DNA of 64,000 nt, from the NCBI GenBank assembly GCA_031418215.1, contig JANOXC010000070.1:1419-65418 (forward strand), in the 5' to 3' direction. The notes beneath the pieces were generated by a model. The model was not told the origin of the DNA. It searched no databases and saw only the letters and a program-made list of their open reading frames with translations. The DNA is from Bacteroidota bacterium. Its GTDB lineage: Bacteria; Bacteroidota; Bacteroidia; AKYH767-A; OLB10. The number at the start of each line of letters is the position of its first letter. Within the stretch, counting starts at the first letter, position 1. Both the position numbers and the translations under genes were made by a program. Positions 1-9,773 of the stretch are shown one piece after another.

Positions 1-143
1 ACAGGGATTTCTTTTTGCAAAATCCTCGATTGGGAATGTTGGTAAGGAGCTTTGATAAAATGACTGACATTAAGCAGAAGGCACATTTAAACAATGCGGA
101 AATATTTCTAAATTCACTTGAGGAAAATAAAAAACGGAAATGA
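1..143 (+). CDS. C-terminal fragment of a cryptochrome/photolyase-family protein (PhrB/CryB-like); 5' part lies outside the window
   Basis: Not in the ORF track. The frame from position 3 reads RDFFLQNPRLGMLVRSFDKMTDIKQKAHLNNAEIFLNSLEENKKRK*, resembling the NPRLGM-containing C-terminus of this family. The TGA (141-143) overlaps the next ATG (ATGA). Confidence 0.75.
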   Translation, partial: RDFFLQNPRLGMLVRSFDKMTDIKQKAHLNNAEIFLNSLEENKKRK

Positions 144-853
144 AATATTTTTTAAATGCCAGCTGGGAAAATTTGATAATGGCAAACTATATTGTTGACC
201 CAAAAGTGCTTGTTCCCTACCTTCCTAATGGTGTTGAGTTAGATTTTTATAATGGCCAAACATATGTTAGTCTTGTTGGCTTTATGTTTAAAAACACAAG
301 AATATTTCAGATTCCAATTCCCGGCCTTGGAACATTTGAAGAAATAAATTTGAGATTTTATGTAACAAGAAAGAAAGGCAATGAATTAAAAAGAGGTGTT
401 GTATTTATTAATGAAACTGTTCCTAATAAATTGGTAGCGTGGATTGCCAATCGATTATACAATGAGCATTACATTGCAGTTCCAACCAAACATGAGTGGA
501 ATGTTAATGCTGAAAATAAAACCATTGAATATAAATGGAAGATTGCTAAAAAATGGAATAGCCTTTCCGTAATTGCCGGACTTGAAAAAAAACTGATGGT
601 TAAGGAAAGTTTTGAAGAATTTATTTTTGAGCATTATTACGGGTATTCCATGATTAATAAATCAATTTCCGAAGAATATCAAATTGAGCATCCCCGTTGG
701 AAAATAAACGATGTAATTCAGTACTCAATCAACTGTGATTTTGAGAAAATGTATGGAAAAGATTTTGATTTTTTGAATAGTAGTAATCCTAAAAGTGTTA
801 TTATTGCAGAAGGTTCTTCAGTGGCTGTTAATTGGAGAAGAACTCGTTTTTAG
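140..853 (+). CDS. DUF2071/YqjF family protein
   Basis: Motifs FLNASWENLIMANY, YVSLVGFMF, FEEINLRFYV, FIFEHYYGY, YQIEHPRW. Confidence 0.85.
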   Translation: MKYFLNASWENLIMANYIVDPKVLVPYLPNGVELDFYNGQTYVSLVGFMFKNTRIFQIPIPGLGTFEEINLRFYVTRKKGNELKRGVVFINETVPNKLVAWIANRLYNEHYIAVPTKHEWNVNAENKTIEYKWKIAKKWNSLSVIAGLEKKLMVKESFEEFIFEHYYGYSMINKSISEEYQIEHPRWKINDVIQYSINCDFEKMYGKDFDFLNSSNPKSVIIAEGSSVAVNWRRTRF

Positions 854-926
854 TATAAATCGTAAAGACTAAAGCATTCAACTAAAAGTCAATTGAAAAA
901 ATGTCATACGTAAACAAAATAAAATT

Positions 927-1106
927 ATGTTAAAAAACTTCAAAACATCGGAATTGATAATTTTAGTACTTTCAGTATTAATAATATTTGTTTCTGAATA
1001 TTACTACGTAGTATTAAAAGATCATGATCGCGCTATATTTATTGGCCTATGGCCTCCTACCATGCTTTTATTATTAATTTATATAAATTCTAAAAAGCAA
1101 AAGTAA
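927..1106 (+). CDS. Small membrane protein (59 aa, two hydrophobic segments)
   Basis: Manual translation MLKNFKTSELIILVLSVLIIFVSEYYYVVLKDHDRAIFIGLWPPTMLLLLIYINSKKQK*. A-rich context upstream; just under the ORF-track cutoff. Confidence 0.7.
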   Translation: MLKNFKTSELIILVLSVLIIFVSEYYYVVLKDHDRAIFIGLWPPTMLLLLIYINSKKQK

Positions 1107-1107
1107 T

Positions 1108-1221
1108 ATGGAAAATTTAGATTTAATTATATATACAACTATAGTTGGAATTTCATTTATTGCTTTTGCGATAACTACTTTTAATGAATTTGCCAAGGCT
1201 GCCAAAAAGGACAATAGGTAA
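1108..1221 (+). CDS. Small single-TM protein (37 aa)
   Basis: Manual translation MENLDLIIYTTIVGISFIAFAITTFNEFAKAAKKDNR*. The ATG is 1 nt after the previous stop; one TM segment followed by a basic tail. Confidence 0.6.
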   Translation: MENLDLIIYTTIVGISFIAFAITTFNEFAKAAKKDNR

Positions 1222-1475
1222 TTCATAAAAATTCGTCATTTCTTTTTGATAAGGAGGTGGCAGTAAAAAGTGTAGGATATTTCCCAAACGGATAATACCT
1301 CGCTTGAACAGCTAAAAGTCAAGCTGTGTGGGTGTTGCGAACAGGTCTGATTTAAATAAATAACGGATAGCGTACAGCAGTATTAAGCCAGATTGATAGT
1401 GCCTTACTTTGCCAAAGAACGGTACTTGATCCGCTCGATTCATAAGTCCATTTCGGGTTGAAGATTTTGTTTTTA

Positions 1476-1633
1476 AATGAAACTCCCCGCCGCAAGCAGC
1501 GGGATATCTTGAATGATTGCAATTTATATTATCGCAGCGCTCCGACGCCAAAGCTATAGAGCATCGGTGACAAGCTAAGGGGAATTAAACTGAGCCTACG
1601 CGTCCGCCGTAGCTTTACGCGAAGGCGGATTAA
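1476..1633. mobile_element. MITE/REP-like palindromic element, copy A, with two additional nested hairpins
   Basis: AATGAAACTCCCCGCCGCAAGCAGCGGGATATC matches 12735-12767. The right arm TCGCAGC..AAGCT..GGGGAA is interrupted by a 33-nt insert and followed by the hairpin TCCGCCGTAGCTTTACGCGAAGGCGGA. Confidence 0.7.
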
Positions 1634-1945
1634 ATTGTTTAGCCGTATAACTATTGCATAAAAAGGTTCGGATAATTTTCGAAAGTCTCCTTTAAGTGGT
1701 TATTTACCTCTTAACCTTCTAAACAGTGTTTATTACTTGGTCTACAATCAGACCAAATGATATTTCAATACCTAAAATAATTCTTCTATATTGACAGGGC
1801 AAATGCGCTAAAGCAATGCTTCCAACCAGCAAAGATGCGGAGCTAGCCGTTAGGTTATGCATGCTCCGGCAAATTTAAAACAGTAAATACATTAAAACAG
1901 CAGACTATTTGTTGCTAATTTTGAACAAAATAGAATATAATATAA

Positions 1946-2644
1946 ATGGCAAACTATTTAATCATTGGAGCTTCTTCAGGGATAGGTAAAGCACTTGCTT
2001 TGCAATTAGCTGATTCTTGTCACCAGGTATTTGGAACTTTTAATAAGAATGAAATGCATGCTGATCATCCGCTTATTAAGTACAATCAATTAAATGTTTT
2101 AGATGAAAACATTTTACTTGACTTTTTACCTGAATCATTAACTGGAGTTATTTACTGTCCGGGCAGTATCAACCTTCGTCCTTTTGAAAGAATTAAACCG
2201 ATTGATTTTACAAATGATTATAACTTGCAGGTTGTGGGTGCAGTAAAAATAATACAAGCCGTTGCACCAAAATTAAAAAACAACGAAAATGCCGCTATTA
2301 TTCTATTTTCTACTGTTGCAGTTCAAACCGGGTTGCCATTTCATTCGCAGGTATCTTCATCTAAAGGAGCCATTGAAGGATTAACTAAAGCGTTGGCTGC
2401 AGAGTATGCGCCAAAAATAAGAGTGAATTGTATAGCGCCCTCGCTAACGGATACTCCTTTAGCAGCTTCTTTATTAAATAGCGAGCAGAAAAGGCAAGCA
2501 AATGCACAACGACATCCTCTTAAGAGAATTGGAACAACTGATGATATTGTTAACATGGTTGAATTTTTACTTTCTACTAAAGCAAGCTGGATAACAGGGC
2601 AGATTATGCATGTAGATGGTGGCATTTCTACAATAAAAATATAA
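1946..2644 (+). CDS. Short-chain dehydrogenase/reductase (SDR)
   Basis: GASSGIG Rossmann motif and IRVNCIAP. The catalytic YxxxK is atypical (VSSSK). Confidence 0.9.
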   Translation: MANYLIIGASSGIGKALALQLADSCHQVFGTFNKNEMHADHPLIKYNQLNVLDENILLDFLPESLTGVIYCPGSINLRPFERIKPIDFTNDYNLQVVGAVKIIQAVAPKLKNNENAAIILFSTVAVQTGLPFHSQVSSSKGAIEGLTKALAAEYAPKIRVNCIAPSLTDTPLAASLLNSEQKRQANAQRHPLKRIGTTDDIVNMVEFLLSTKASWITGQIMHVDGGISTIKI

Positions 2645-2653
2645 AAAATAATT

Positions 2654-3121
2654 ATGGCTTTTTATCAATTAACTAAAACACAAAAATTACCTGCATCTAT
2701 CATCGAAATATGGGACTTTATTTCAGCAACAATTAATTTAAAAGAAATAACGCCCGAGCATATGGGCTTTTTGGTAACTAGCAATACCAGTAGTGAAAAA
2801 ATGTATCCGGGCATGATTATTACATACAAGGTTAGTCCCTTACTTGGAATAAAACTAAATTGGATGACAGAAATTACACATGTTAAAGATTTCGAATATT
2901 TTGTTGATGAGCAAAGGATAGGCCCATACACAATGTGGCATTATCAGCATAAAATTGTAGCCATTGAGGGTGGTGTATTAATGACCGATATTGTTACTTA
3001 TCAACCACCAATGGGAATATTAGGCGCACTTGCTAATTCACTATTAATAAAAAATCAACTTGAAAAGATATTTTATTTCAGAACAGTTGCTTTAGAAAAA
3101 AGGTTTGGGAAATATATTTAA
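2654..3121 (+). CDS. SRPBCC family ligand-binding protein
   Basis: NLKEITP, WMTEITHV, YFVDEQRIGPY, MTDIVTY motifs. Confidence 0.85.
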   Translation: MAFYQLTKTQKLPASIIEIWDFISATINLKEITPEHMGFLVTSNTSSEKMYPGMIITYKVSPLLGIKLNWMTEITHVKDFEYFVDEQRIGPYTMWHYQHKIVAIEGGVLMTDIVTYQPPMGILGALANSLLIKNQLEKIFYFRTVALEKRFGKYI

Positions 3122-4551
3122 TGAAAATATTACTCACCGGAGTAACCGGATATATTGCACAACGATTATTGCCCGTTTTATTAGAAAGCAGGCATGAGGT
3201 TATCTGTTGTGTAAGAGATAAAAACAGATTTAATAAGAAGAATTATTTAACTTCAAACCTCTCGGTAATAGAGGCAGATTTTTTAGATAAGGATAGCCTA
3301 AAGCATATTCCTGATGATATTGATGTAGCCTACTATCTCATACATTCCATGTCAACACGAACCGGGGACTTTGAAAATATGGAAGAGCTTTGCGCCACTA
3401 ACTTCAAAAATCGCATAGAAAAAACCAATGCTAAACAAGTTATTTACCTTAGCGGAATAAGTAACGCTGAAGAGTTATCGAAACATTTATCCTCGCGAAA
3501 TAATGTGGAAACTGTTTTATCAGATTCAAATTTTGCACTCACCACATTAAAGGCCGGTATCATAGTAGGGTCAGGCAGCGCTTCCTTTGAAATCATACGC
3601 GATTTGGTGGAGAAATTACCTATTATGATTACTCCCCGTTGGCTAAAAACAAAATGTCAGCCAATAGCTATTCGTAACGTTATTGAATTTTTAATTGGTG
3701 TAATTGGCAAAACCGAAACATATAATAAGAGTTACGATATTGGCGGCCCCGATGTGTTAAGTTATAAAGAAATGCTTTTGCGTTTTGCTAAAAAACGCGG
3801 CTTAAAGAGACGTATAATTATTGTACCTGTAATGACGCCAAAAATTTCCTCCTATTGGTTATATTTTGTTACCGCTACGTCATACGCACTTGCCAAGAAT
3901 TTAGTAAACAGTATGAAAATTGATGTGATTTGTAAACCCAATAATTTGGCAATGCTACTTGGTATAAAACTGATTGGTTATGACACAGCCATAAAACTTG
4001 CCTTTGATAAAATAGAACAAAACCAAGTGCTTTCAAGTTGGAAAGATGCACAAACAAGTGAGCTATTTAGCAAAGGGCTTTCTAAATTTATTGAAGTGCC
4101 GGTTAATGGATGCTTTAAAGATGTTCGTACAATTAACGTTCAAAACGATAAAGTTGCACTTGATAAGATTTGGGCAATTGGTGGTAAAACAGGTTGGTAT
4201 TACGGAAACTGGCTTTGGGAAATAAGGGGTTTACTAGATCAGCTGGCCGGCGGTGTTGGTATGCGAAGAGGGCGAAAAAGTGAAACTGAAATAGCGCCCG
4301 GTGATACTCTTGATTTTTGGCGCGTTTTGCTTGCAGATAAGACAGAGAAAAGATTGCTCTTGTTTGCTGAAATGAAATTGCCCGGAGAGGCATGGCTGGA
4401 ATTTAAAATTGACGAGCATCAAACACTTACTCAAACAGCCACTTTCAGGCCGCTTGGTTTGTTAGGTAGACTTTATTGGTACGCCGTATTTCCTTTTCAT
4501 GGATTAATATTTAAAGGAATGCTCAATAAAATTGCAGCAGTCAGCAAATAA
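3121..4551 (+). CDS. Atypical SDR/NAD(P)-binding protein with C-terminal DUF2867 domain (YbjT-like)
   Basis: TGVTGYIA, AYYLIHSM, GSGSASFE; C-terminal GDTLDFWRV and AEMKLPGEAWLEF. Confidence 0.88.
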   Translation: MKILLTGVTGYIAQRLLPVLLESRHEVICCVRDKNRFNKKNYLTSNLSVIEADFLDKDSLKHIPDDIDVAYYLIHSMSTRTGDFENMEELCATNFKNRIEKTNAKQVIYLSGISNAEELSKHLSSRNNVETVLSDSNFALTTLKAGIIVGSGSASFEIIRDLVEKLPIMITPRWLKTKCQPIAIRNVIEFLIGVIGKTETYNKSYDIGGPDVLSYKEMLLRFAKKRGLKRRIIIVPVMTPKISSYWLYFVTATSYALAKNLVNSMKIDVICKPNNLAMLLGIKLIGYDTAIKLAFDKIEQNQVLSSWKDAQTSELFSKGLSKFIEVPVNGCFKDVRTINVQNDKVALDKIWAIGGKTGWYYGNWLWEIRGLLDQLAGGVGMRRGRKSETEIAPGDTLDFWRVLLADKTEKRLLLFAEMKLPGEAWLEFKIDEHQTLTQTATFRPLGLLGRLYWYAVFPFHGLIFKGMLNKIAAVSK

Positions 4552-4574
4552 AAAAAGTAACTACAAGCCCAACT

Positions 4575-5042
4575 ATGAATAAATATGTAAAACTTTCCGG
4601 CTGCATGCTGTTAACATTGTCAGTCGGCGCTATTTCAGGGATCGCTACTTCATCAGGTATCAATGAATGGTTTACCGCACTGAACAAACCTTCTTTTAAT
4701 CCCCCAAATTATTTATTTGGTCCTGTGTGGACAGTGCTTTACTTGCTCATGGGAATTTCTTTATTTCTAATATTACAATCCCCGAAAAATGAATTAAAAA
4801 ACAAAGCTATTGCCACCTTCACCATTCAACTTTCTTTAAATTTTTTGTGGAGTTTTCTCTTTTTTAAATTTCAACTTCTCGGAATAGCATTTTTTGAAAT
4901 AATACTGATTTGGATTAGCATTCTCGTTATGATTTTTGTTTTTAATAAAATCAATAAGACAGCTGCACGCCTGCAAATTCCTTATCTATTGTGGGTAAGT
5001 TTTGCGAGTATTTTAAACGGTGCTATTTGGTGGCTTAATTAA
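4575..5042 (+). CDS. tspO: TspO/MBR tryptophan-rich sensory protein
   Basis: WFTALNKPSFNPPNYLFGPVWTVLY, LNFLWSFLFF, PYLLWVSFA; five TM segments. Confidence 0.93.
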   Translation: MNKYVKLSGCMLLTLSVGAISGIATSSGINEWFTALNKPSFNPPNYLFGPVWTVLYLLMGISLFLILQSPKNELKNKAIATFTIQLSLNFLWSFLFFKFQLLGIAFFEIILIWISILVMIFVFNKINKTAARLQIPYLLWVSFASILNGAIWWLN

Positions 5043-5234
5043 ATAAATACAACAATTATTAAGATAAATAACTTCTTAACTTTCGGCTCTTGGAATCTGG
5101 ATATGGTAAAATATTCCGTTGCAATATAGGCTTTGCATCATACTGATTAAACAAAAGAAACCAATTAATAAATATATTCTATTTTTGCTTGTACTAAGGC
5201 TTAGATATCTTGTCTTTTACTTACACAAAATTTA

Positions 5235-6392
5235 ATGAAAAAATTATTTTACCTCAGTATTGCCGGCATCCTATTATTTGAGTTAATGAACATTTATTTT
5301 ATAATGCCGATGCCGGGAAGTCAGCGGATGGAAAGCATTGACATCGCTTATTTTTTACATGTTTACCGTTGGGTTTTTAGAGCAATTTTCATTATTGTTA
5401 TAATTGCCGGAAGTATTAAGCTTTTTCAGAACAAAAAAAAATGGGCTCCCATATTTGTACTCCTTTTTACCTTCCTTGTTTTTTACCTGATCAATTTTAA
5501 GATGTCGGCTGATAAAATGTTTTTACAACCAGAAAATATCATATTGAAATCACAAGCTGAAAATAAAGTGCCCGGCAGCAGATTGGTAATTGGGGTAGAA
5601 AATAATGGAGAAGCAAAAGCTTATCCGATTGAATTTTTAGCATACCATCACCAGGTTCAAGACAATGTTGGCAATAAACAGTTAATAGTTACCTATTGCA
5701 GCGTTTGTCGCACAGGGCGTGTTTATGAGCCTCTGGTAGATGGTCATTATGAAAATTTTAGATTGGTTGGCATGGATCACTTCAATGCCATGTTTGAAGA
5801 TGCATCCACAGGGAGCTGGTGGCGACAATCGACTGGTGAGTGCATCACCGGATCGTTGAAAGGAAAACTCTTGCCTGAGGTCCCATCAAAACAAATGACG
5901 GTTGACATGTGGTTCAACTTATATCCACAAGGAAAAGTAATGCAGCCAGATGAATCATTCCTCGCCACTTATGATTCAACGGTTAGATTTGAACAAGGAA
6001 AAAGCAAAGGAGATCTTACCCGTACTGACACGTTATCCTGGAAAGAAAAGTCTTGGGTAATTGGGATTGTTTCCGGTAATGCATGCAAGGCATACGATTG
6101 GAATGAACTGAAAAACAAAAAAATTATCAACGATACAATAGGTTTAACATCCATTTTATTAGCAATTTCAGCTGACGGAAAAAGTTTTGTAGCCTTTGAA
6201 AGGCCTGCTAATAAAATATTTCACATTAATCATGATACACTTTTTTCAGATGATGCTGCTTTTAATTTTTCAGGGCAAGATTTAAAAACACCTTCAAACA
6301 AACTTAATTCCATTAATGCATATCAGGAGTTTTGGCATAGCTGGGCTACTTTTCACCCTACTACACAACAGTATCTGAACAAGAAAAATTAA
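5235..6392 (+). CDS. DUF3179 domain protein with N-terminal membrane segments
   Basis: GEAKAYP, TYCSVCRTG (CxxC), TGSWWRQSTG, C-terminal FWHSWATFHPTT. Confidence 0.8.
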   Translation: MKKLFYLSIAGILLFELMNIYFIMPMPGSQRMESIDIAYFLHVYRWVFRAIFIIVIIAGSIKLFQNKKKWAPIFVLLFTFLVFYLINFKMSADKMFLQPENIILKSQAENKVPGSRLVIGVENNGEAKAYPIEFLAYHHQVQDNVGNKQLIVTYCSVCRTGRVYEPLVDGHYENFRLVGMDHFNAMFEDASTGSWWRQSTGECITGSLKGKLLPEVPSKQMTVDMWFNLYPQGKVMQPDESFLATYDSTVRFEQGKSKGDLTRTDTLSWKEKSWVIGIVSGNACKAYDWNELKNKKIINDTIGLTSILLAISADGKSFVAFERPANKIFHINHDTLFSDDAAFNFSGQDLKTPSNKLNSINAYQEFWHSWATFHPTTQQYLNKKN

Positions 6393-6464
6393 TTAATAAA
6401 TTTATTGCTAAGGAAGATTTACCTGCTATTTTAAATAGAACAAACCGTCTCTTAAATTAGTTTC

Positions 6465-9400
6465 TCAATTCCCCTCTTGCGTTAATTCAACAATTTGAAT
6501 AGCCCCCTTATTTTTACCAACGATAATACAAGGTTTATTCTTGATGGTAATTTTCTCCATAAATTTTACATCGCCCGGTATATAGAACCCGCTTTCAGTC
6601 ACAGGAACTGATTTGAATTTTGCATCGCCCGTTCCGTATAGCATTAATCCAATGCCCGCATCATTTCTTCCCGACTCAACCTCCGTTGAATAATCATTGC
6701 CTGCCAACAACAAATCCATATTACCATCTTTATTATAATCGTCGATGAGAATTGCATTTGCAGGAAAAATTTGTGCTTTCGTAGATAAATACTGCGGTGT
6801 AAAAACCCCTATTCCGCTATTAATAAATGTTGTGTTGGCTATTGTATTTGCCTGAAACTTTTTTGCTTTACTTAGCTGTTCAGCGGTAAACATGTCTGTA
6901 AGCTTTGCAGTGGAATAGTTTTTATAGCGTAAATATTTTTTCTTTAAAAAAAGCATCTGGTCAAGCATATTGTCCCGAAGTGCTATAGGATAACTTATCC
7001 CTTCCTGAAACAAACTTATTACACAATCGGTGCTTCCGTTGTTGTCAAAATCACTGGCAACCATCGTCATCGGATATTGTGCATTACATTTATAACGGCT
7101 GTTTGCACTAATATTTCCTCCCACCAAATCAATATCTCCATCACCATCTAAATCTTTTGCTGCAATGGCATTCCACCAACCATAGGTGTTTTCGAATTTT
7201 ACAGGGACGCTATCCAATATTCCATTTTTATTTTTGAAAATTGTTAACGGCATCCATTCTCCAACTAAAACCAAATCCTTCCAGCCATCTGCATCTACAT
7301 CACACCATATAGCATCTGTTACCATACCGATATTTGAAATTGCCGGTACGGTGTTCGAGACATCTGTAAATCGTCCTTTGCTGTTTTTTAATAAATAACT
7401 CTCTGGTATCAAACCATAATGACCGGGCACCACCCTGCCGCCGATAAAAACATCTAAATCGCCGTCCTTATCATAATCATCAACTGCTATGGCTTTGCTA
7501 CTTGTATTAATATTCTCAATTGCTGTGCTTTTTGTAAAATTACCTTTCCCATCATTGGAGTAAATCCTTACGGGATACATGCTTGCATTGTCAGGGTATT
7601 CATTGCCTCCACTTACTACCAATAAGTCTTGATCTCCATCATTATCTGCATCAAATAATTTCGAACCTGTATCTTCAAATTTCATGTCTAAATTAAATGC
7701 CGGCTGTTTCATTATTGAAAATTTTCCCTCTTCATCCTGCACATAAATTGAGCTTGCATTACCAATGCTTCCACCAACAAAAAAATCATCAAGAGAGTCC
7801 CCGTTTACATCAGCAACATCTATGCATGGGCCTAATAACGAAAACTGATGAGGAAGCAAGGGCTCCAACTTGAAATCTATGTAAGTGTTTTCTTTTTGAA
7901 TATGGTTTACATTGGTTTCCTTAGTAATATCCTTAAACACTTTTGCCTTATTAATTAAACTATTTGTTTTTTCATTAGCGTTTATAATATCAAGTGTTAA
8001 CAAATTATTTGAAGGTAATTCAGGGATAACTTGCTCCAAACCATTTGGCCAGAAAATTTTAACTTTTGCATTTTCATTAGCGCCCACACCAAAATGAACA
8101 GCCCATTCATTACATGATAAATATCCTTTATCAGGATTAAAATGTTGTATCTGTTTTTTGCCATCGCCTGTTTCAATTTCAATGATAGCTCCAATACCTT
8201 CGGGATTTTCTTGATCTCCTCTCAGTTTAAACCGGATAAATTTTCCGGCCTTATTTTCACTAGTATTGTTTCTATAAATAAAAGGGGGTTGAGAAACATT
8301 ATTTACAATTAGTTCAAGATCACCATCATTGTCTAAGTCGCCATACACTGCCCCATTACTCCAGGAAAGTTGGTCTAGACCACTATTCTCTACCTGGCCA
8401 TTGAATGTCAGGTTGCCATTGTTTTTAAAGTAGTAATTTTTTAGTCGATAAGATGGAATAGCTGACAACACTTTCATTGCATCAGTAGATCCGGTTGTTT
8501 TATTTAATTCCTTTTTCACGGAATCAGCGTTATACATCATAAAATCCATATCCGTTACATCACGCATATATCCGTTTGTAACATACAAATCCTTCAGTCC
8601 GTCATTATCAAAATCGGCAAGCAGTGGGGCCCAGCTCCAATCCGTAAATGCTACTCCAGCTAAATAACTAATGTCAGAATAAGTATGATTGCCATTGTTT
8701 AACTGCAACACATTTTTATCATACTGACATCCTAATCCATATTGAATCCGCTTGTTAAAATTATCGTAGTTCCCCGATCCTTTCAATTGCTTCCTTCTCT
8801 TAAAGGACTCCGGTGACATATCCGTAACAATCAAATCCAGAAACCCATCATTATTAATGTCGGCATAATCAGAACCCATTGAGGAGTAACTGTAGTGATT
8901 GAAATATTCGTCGGCCTTATTGGTAAATGTTTTATCCTTGTTATTGATGAACAAATAATCAGGCACATGATAATCATTGCAGGTATAAATGTCAGGATAT
9001 CCATCATCATTAAAGTCATCAATAATCGCACTTAATCCAAATGCATGGGTACCCAGCCCAGCCTCCATTGTTTTATCTTTAAAAACATCATTTATATTTT
9101 CGTAATACCTGAAACTAACATTTGACCTGGCAGAATCCTTATAGGCAACCAAACTGTTCGTCTTATCATAACTCAACTGAATTCTGTTCGCGTAATTCAT
9201 ATCTGGAGGATGGTTTAATAAAAATAAATCCAGGTCTCCATCAAGGTCCATATCATAAAAATAGGCCTGCGTACTATAGCTGGCATCATCGATACCATAT
9301 TTTTTTGCTTGTTCAGTAAATGTAAAGTTGCCGTTATTAATATATAAAACATTTCTCCTTTGCTCTGCATTATTGTATGCTGATTTGCAAACATAGATGT

Positions 9401-9773
9401 CTAATAACCCATCATGGTTGATGTCGACCATTGTTACACCGGTGTGATAACCCTGCCCTCCGCTAACACCGGCGCTTTCCGTAATATCTTTAAATTTGAA
9501 ATTCCCCAGGTTGAGATATAATTTATTCGACACCATGTTCCCTGTAAAATATAAATCTGATAACCCATCATTATTGATATCTCCTATTGCAACACCCCCG
9601 CCGTTATATAAATACCCATAAGTAAAATTGTTAAATGCTGCAGTCTCTTCAATGGTATTAATAAAATTAATCCCAGACTCCTCTGATTTAATTAGCGTAA
9701 ATAATGACTGGGTCTTTCCTGCAAAACCTGACAGCAGTAAAAGTCCATGAAAAAATAAAATGGTTTTTCTCAT
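6465..9773 (-). CDS. ASPIC/UnbV domain protein with FG-GAP/VCBS repeats (CRTAC1-like)
   Basis: Signal peptide, many DxNxDGxxD repeats, and a central ASPIC segment (EGIGA...GYLS...VHFGVG...IFWP). Confidence 0.9.
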   Translation of the reverse strand: MRKTILFFHGLLLLSGFAGKTQSLFTLIKSEESGINFINTIEETAAFNNFTYGYLYNGGGVAIGDINNDGLSDLYFTGNMVSNKLYLNLGNFKFKDITESAGVSGGQGYHTGVTMVDINHDGLLDIYVCKSAYNNAEQRRNVLYINNGNFTFTEQAKKYGIDDASYSTQAYFYDMDLDGDLDLFLLNHPPDMNYANRIQLSYDKTNSLVAYKDSARSNVSFRYYENINDVFKDKTMEAGLGTHAFGLSAIIDDFNDDGYPDIYTCNDYHVPDYLFINNKDKTFTNKADEYFNHYSYSSMGSDYADINNDGFLDLIVTDMSPESFKRRKQLKGSGNYDNFNKRIQYGLGCQYDKNVLQLNNGNHTYSDISYLAGVAFTDWSWAPLLADFDNDGLKDLYVTNGYMRDVTDMDFMMYNADSVKKELNKTTGSTDAMKVLSAIPSYRLKNYYFKNNGNLTFNGQVENSGLDQLSWSNGAVYGDLDNDGDLELIVNNVSQPPFIYRNNTSENKAGKFIRFKLRGDQENPEGIGAIIEIETGDGKKQIQHFNPDKGYLSCNEWAVHFGVGANENAKVKIFWPNGLEQVIPELPSNNLLTLDIINANEKTNSLINKAKVFKDITKETNVNHIQKENTYIDFKLEPLLPHQFSLLGPCIDVADVNGDSLDDFFVGGSIGNASSIYVQDEEGKFSIMKQPAFNLDMKFEDTGSKLFDADNDGDQDLLVVSGGNEYPDNASMYPVRIYSNDGKGNFTKSTAIENINTSSKAIAVDDYDKDGDLDVFIGGRVVPGHYGLIPESYLLKNSKGRFTDVSNTVPAISNIGMVTDAIWCDVDADGWKDLVLVGEWMPLTIFKNKNGILDSVPVKFENTYGWWNAIAAKDLDGDGDIDLVGGNISANSRYKCNAQYPMTMVASDFDNNGSTDCVISLFQEGISYPIALRDNMLDQMLFLKKKYLRYKNYSTAKLTDMFTAEQLSKAKKFQANTIANTTFINSGIGVFTPQYLSTKAQIFPANAILIDDYNKDGNMDLLLAGNDYSTEVESGRNDAGIGLMLYGTGDAKFKSVPVTESGFYIPGDVKFMEKITIKNKPCIIVGKNKGAIQIVELTQEGN

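Noticed and set aside
1312-1551. 79-aa minus-strand ORF (RYPAACGGEFH...)
   Set aside because: It is largely the translation of the palindromic repeat element, with no protein-like features.
1641-1862. attC-like site (…TATAAC…GCCGTTAGG…)
   Set aside because: The arms do not pair convincingly, and there is no second cassette or integrase.
911-5228. Recurring TAAACAA/TGAACAA/TACACAA motifs as a CarH/LitR-like operator
   Set aside because: They are short and AT-rich, lack 11-bp tandem periodicity, and cannot be distinguished from background by eye.
5235-6392. Selenoprotein recoding in DUF3179 (and in YHS, 23514-23972)
   Set aside because: Both reading frames are open, with Cys codons at the motif positions and no in-frame TGA.
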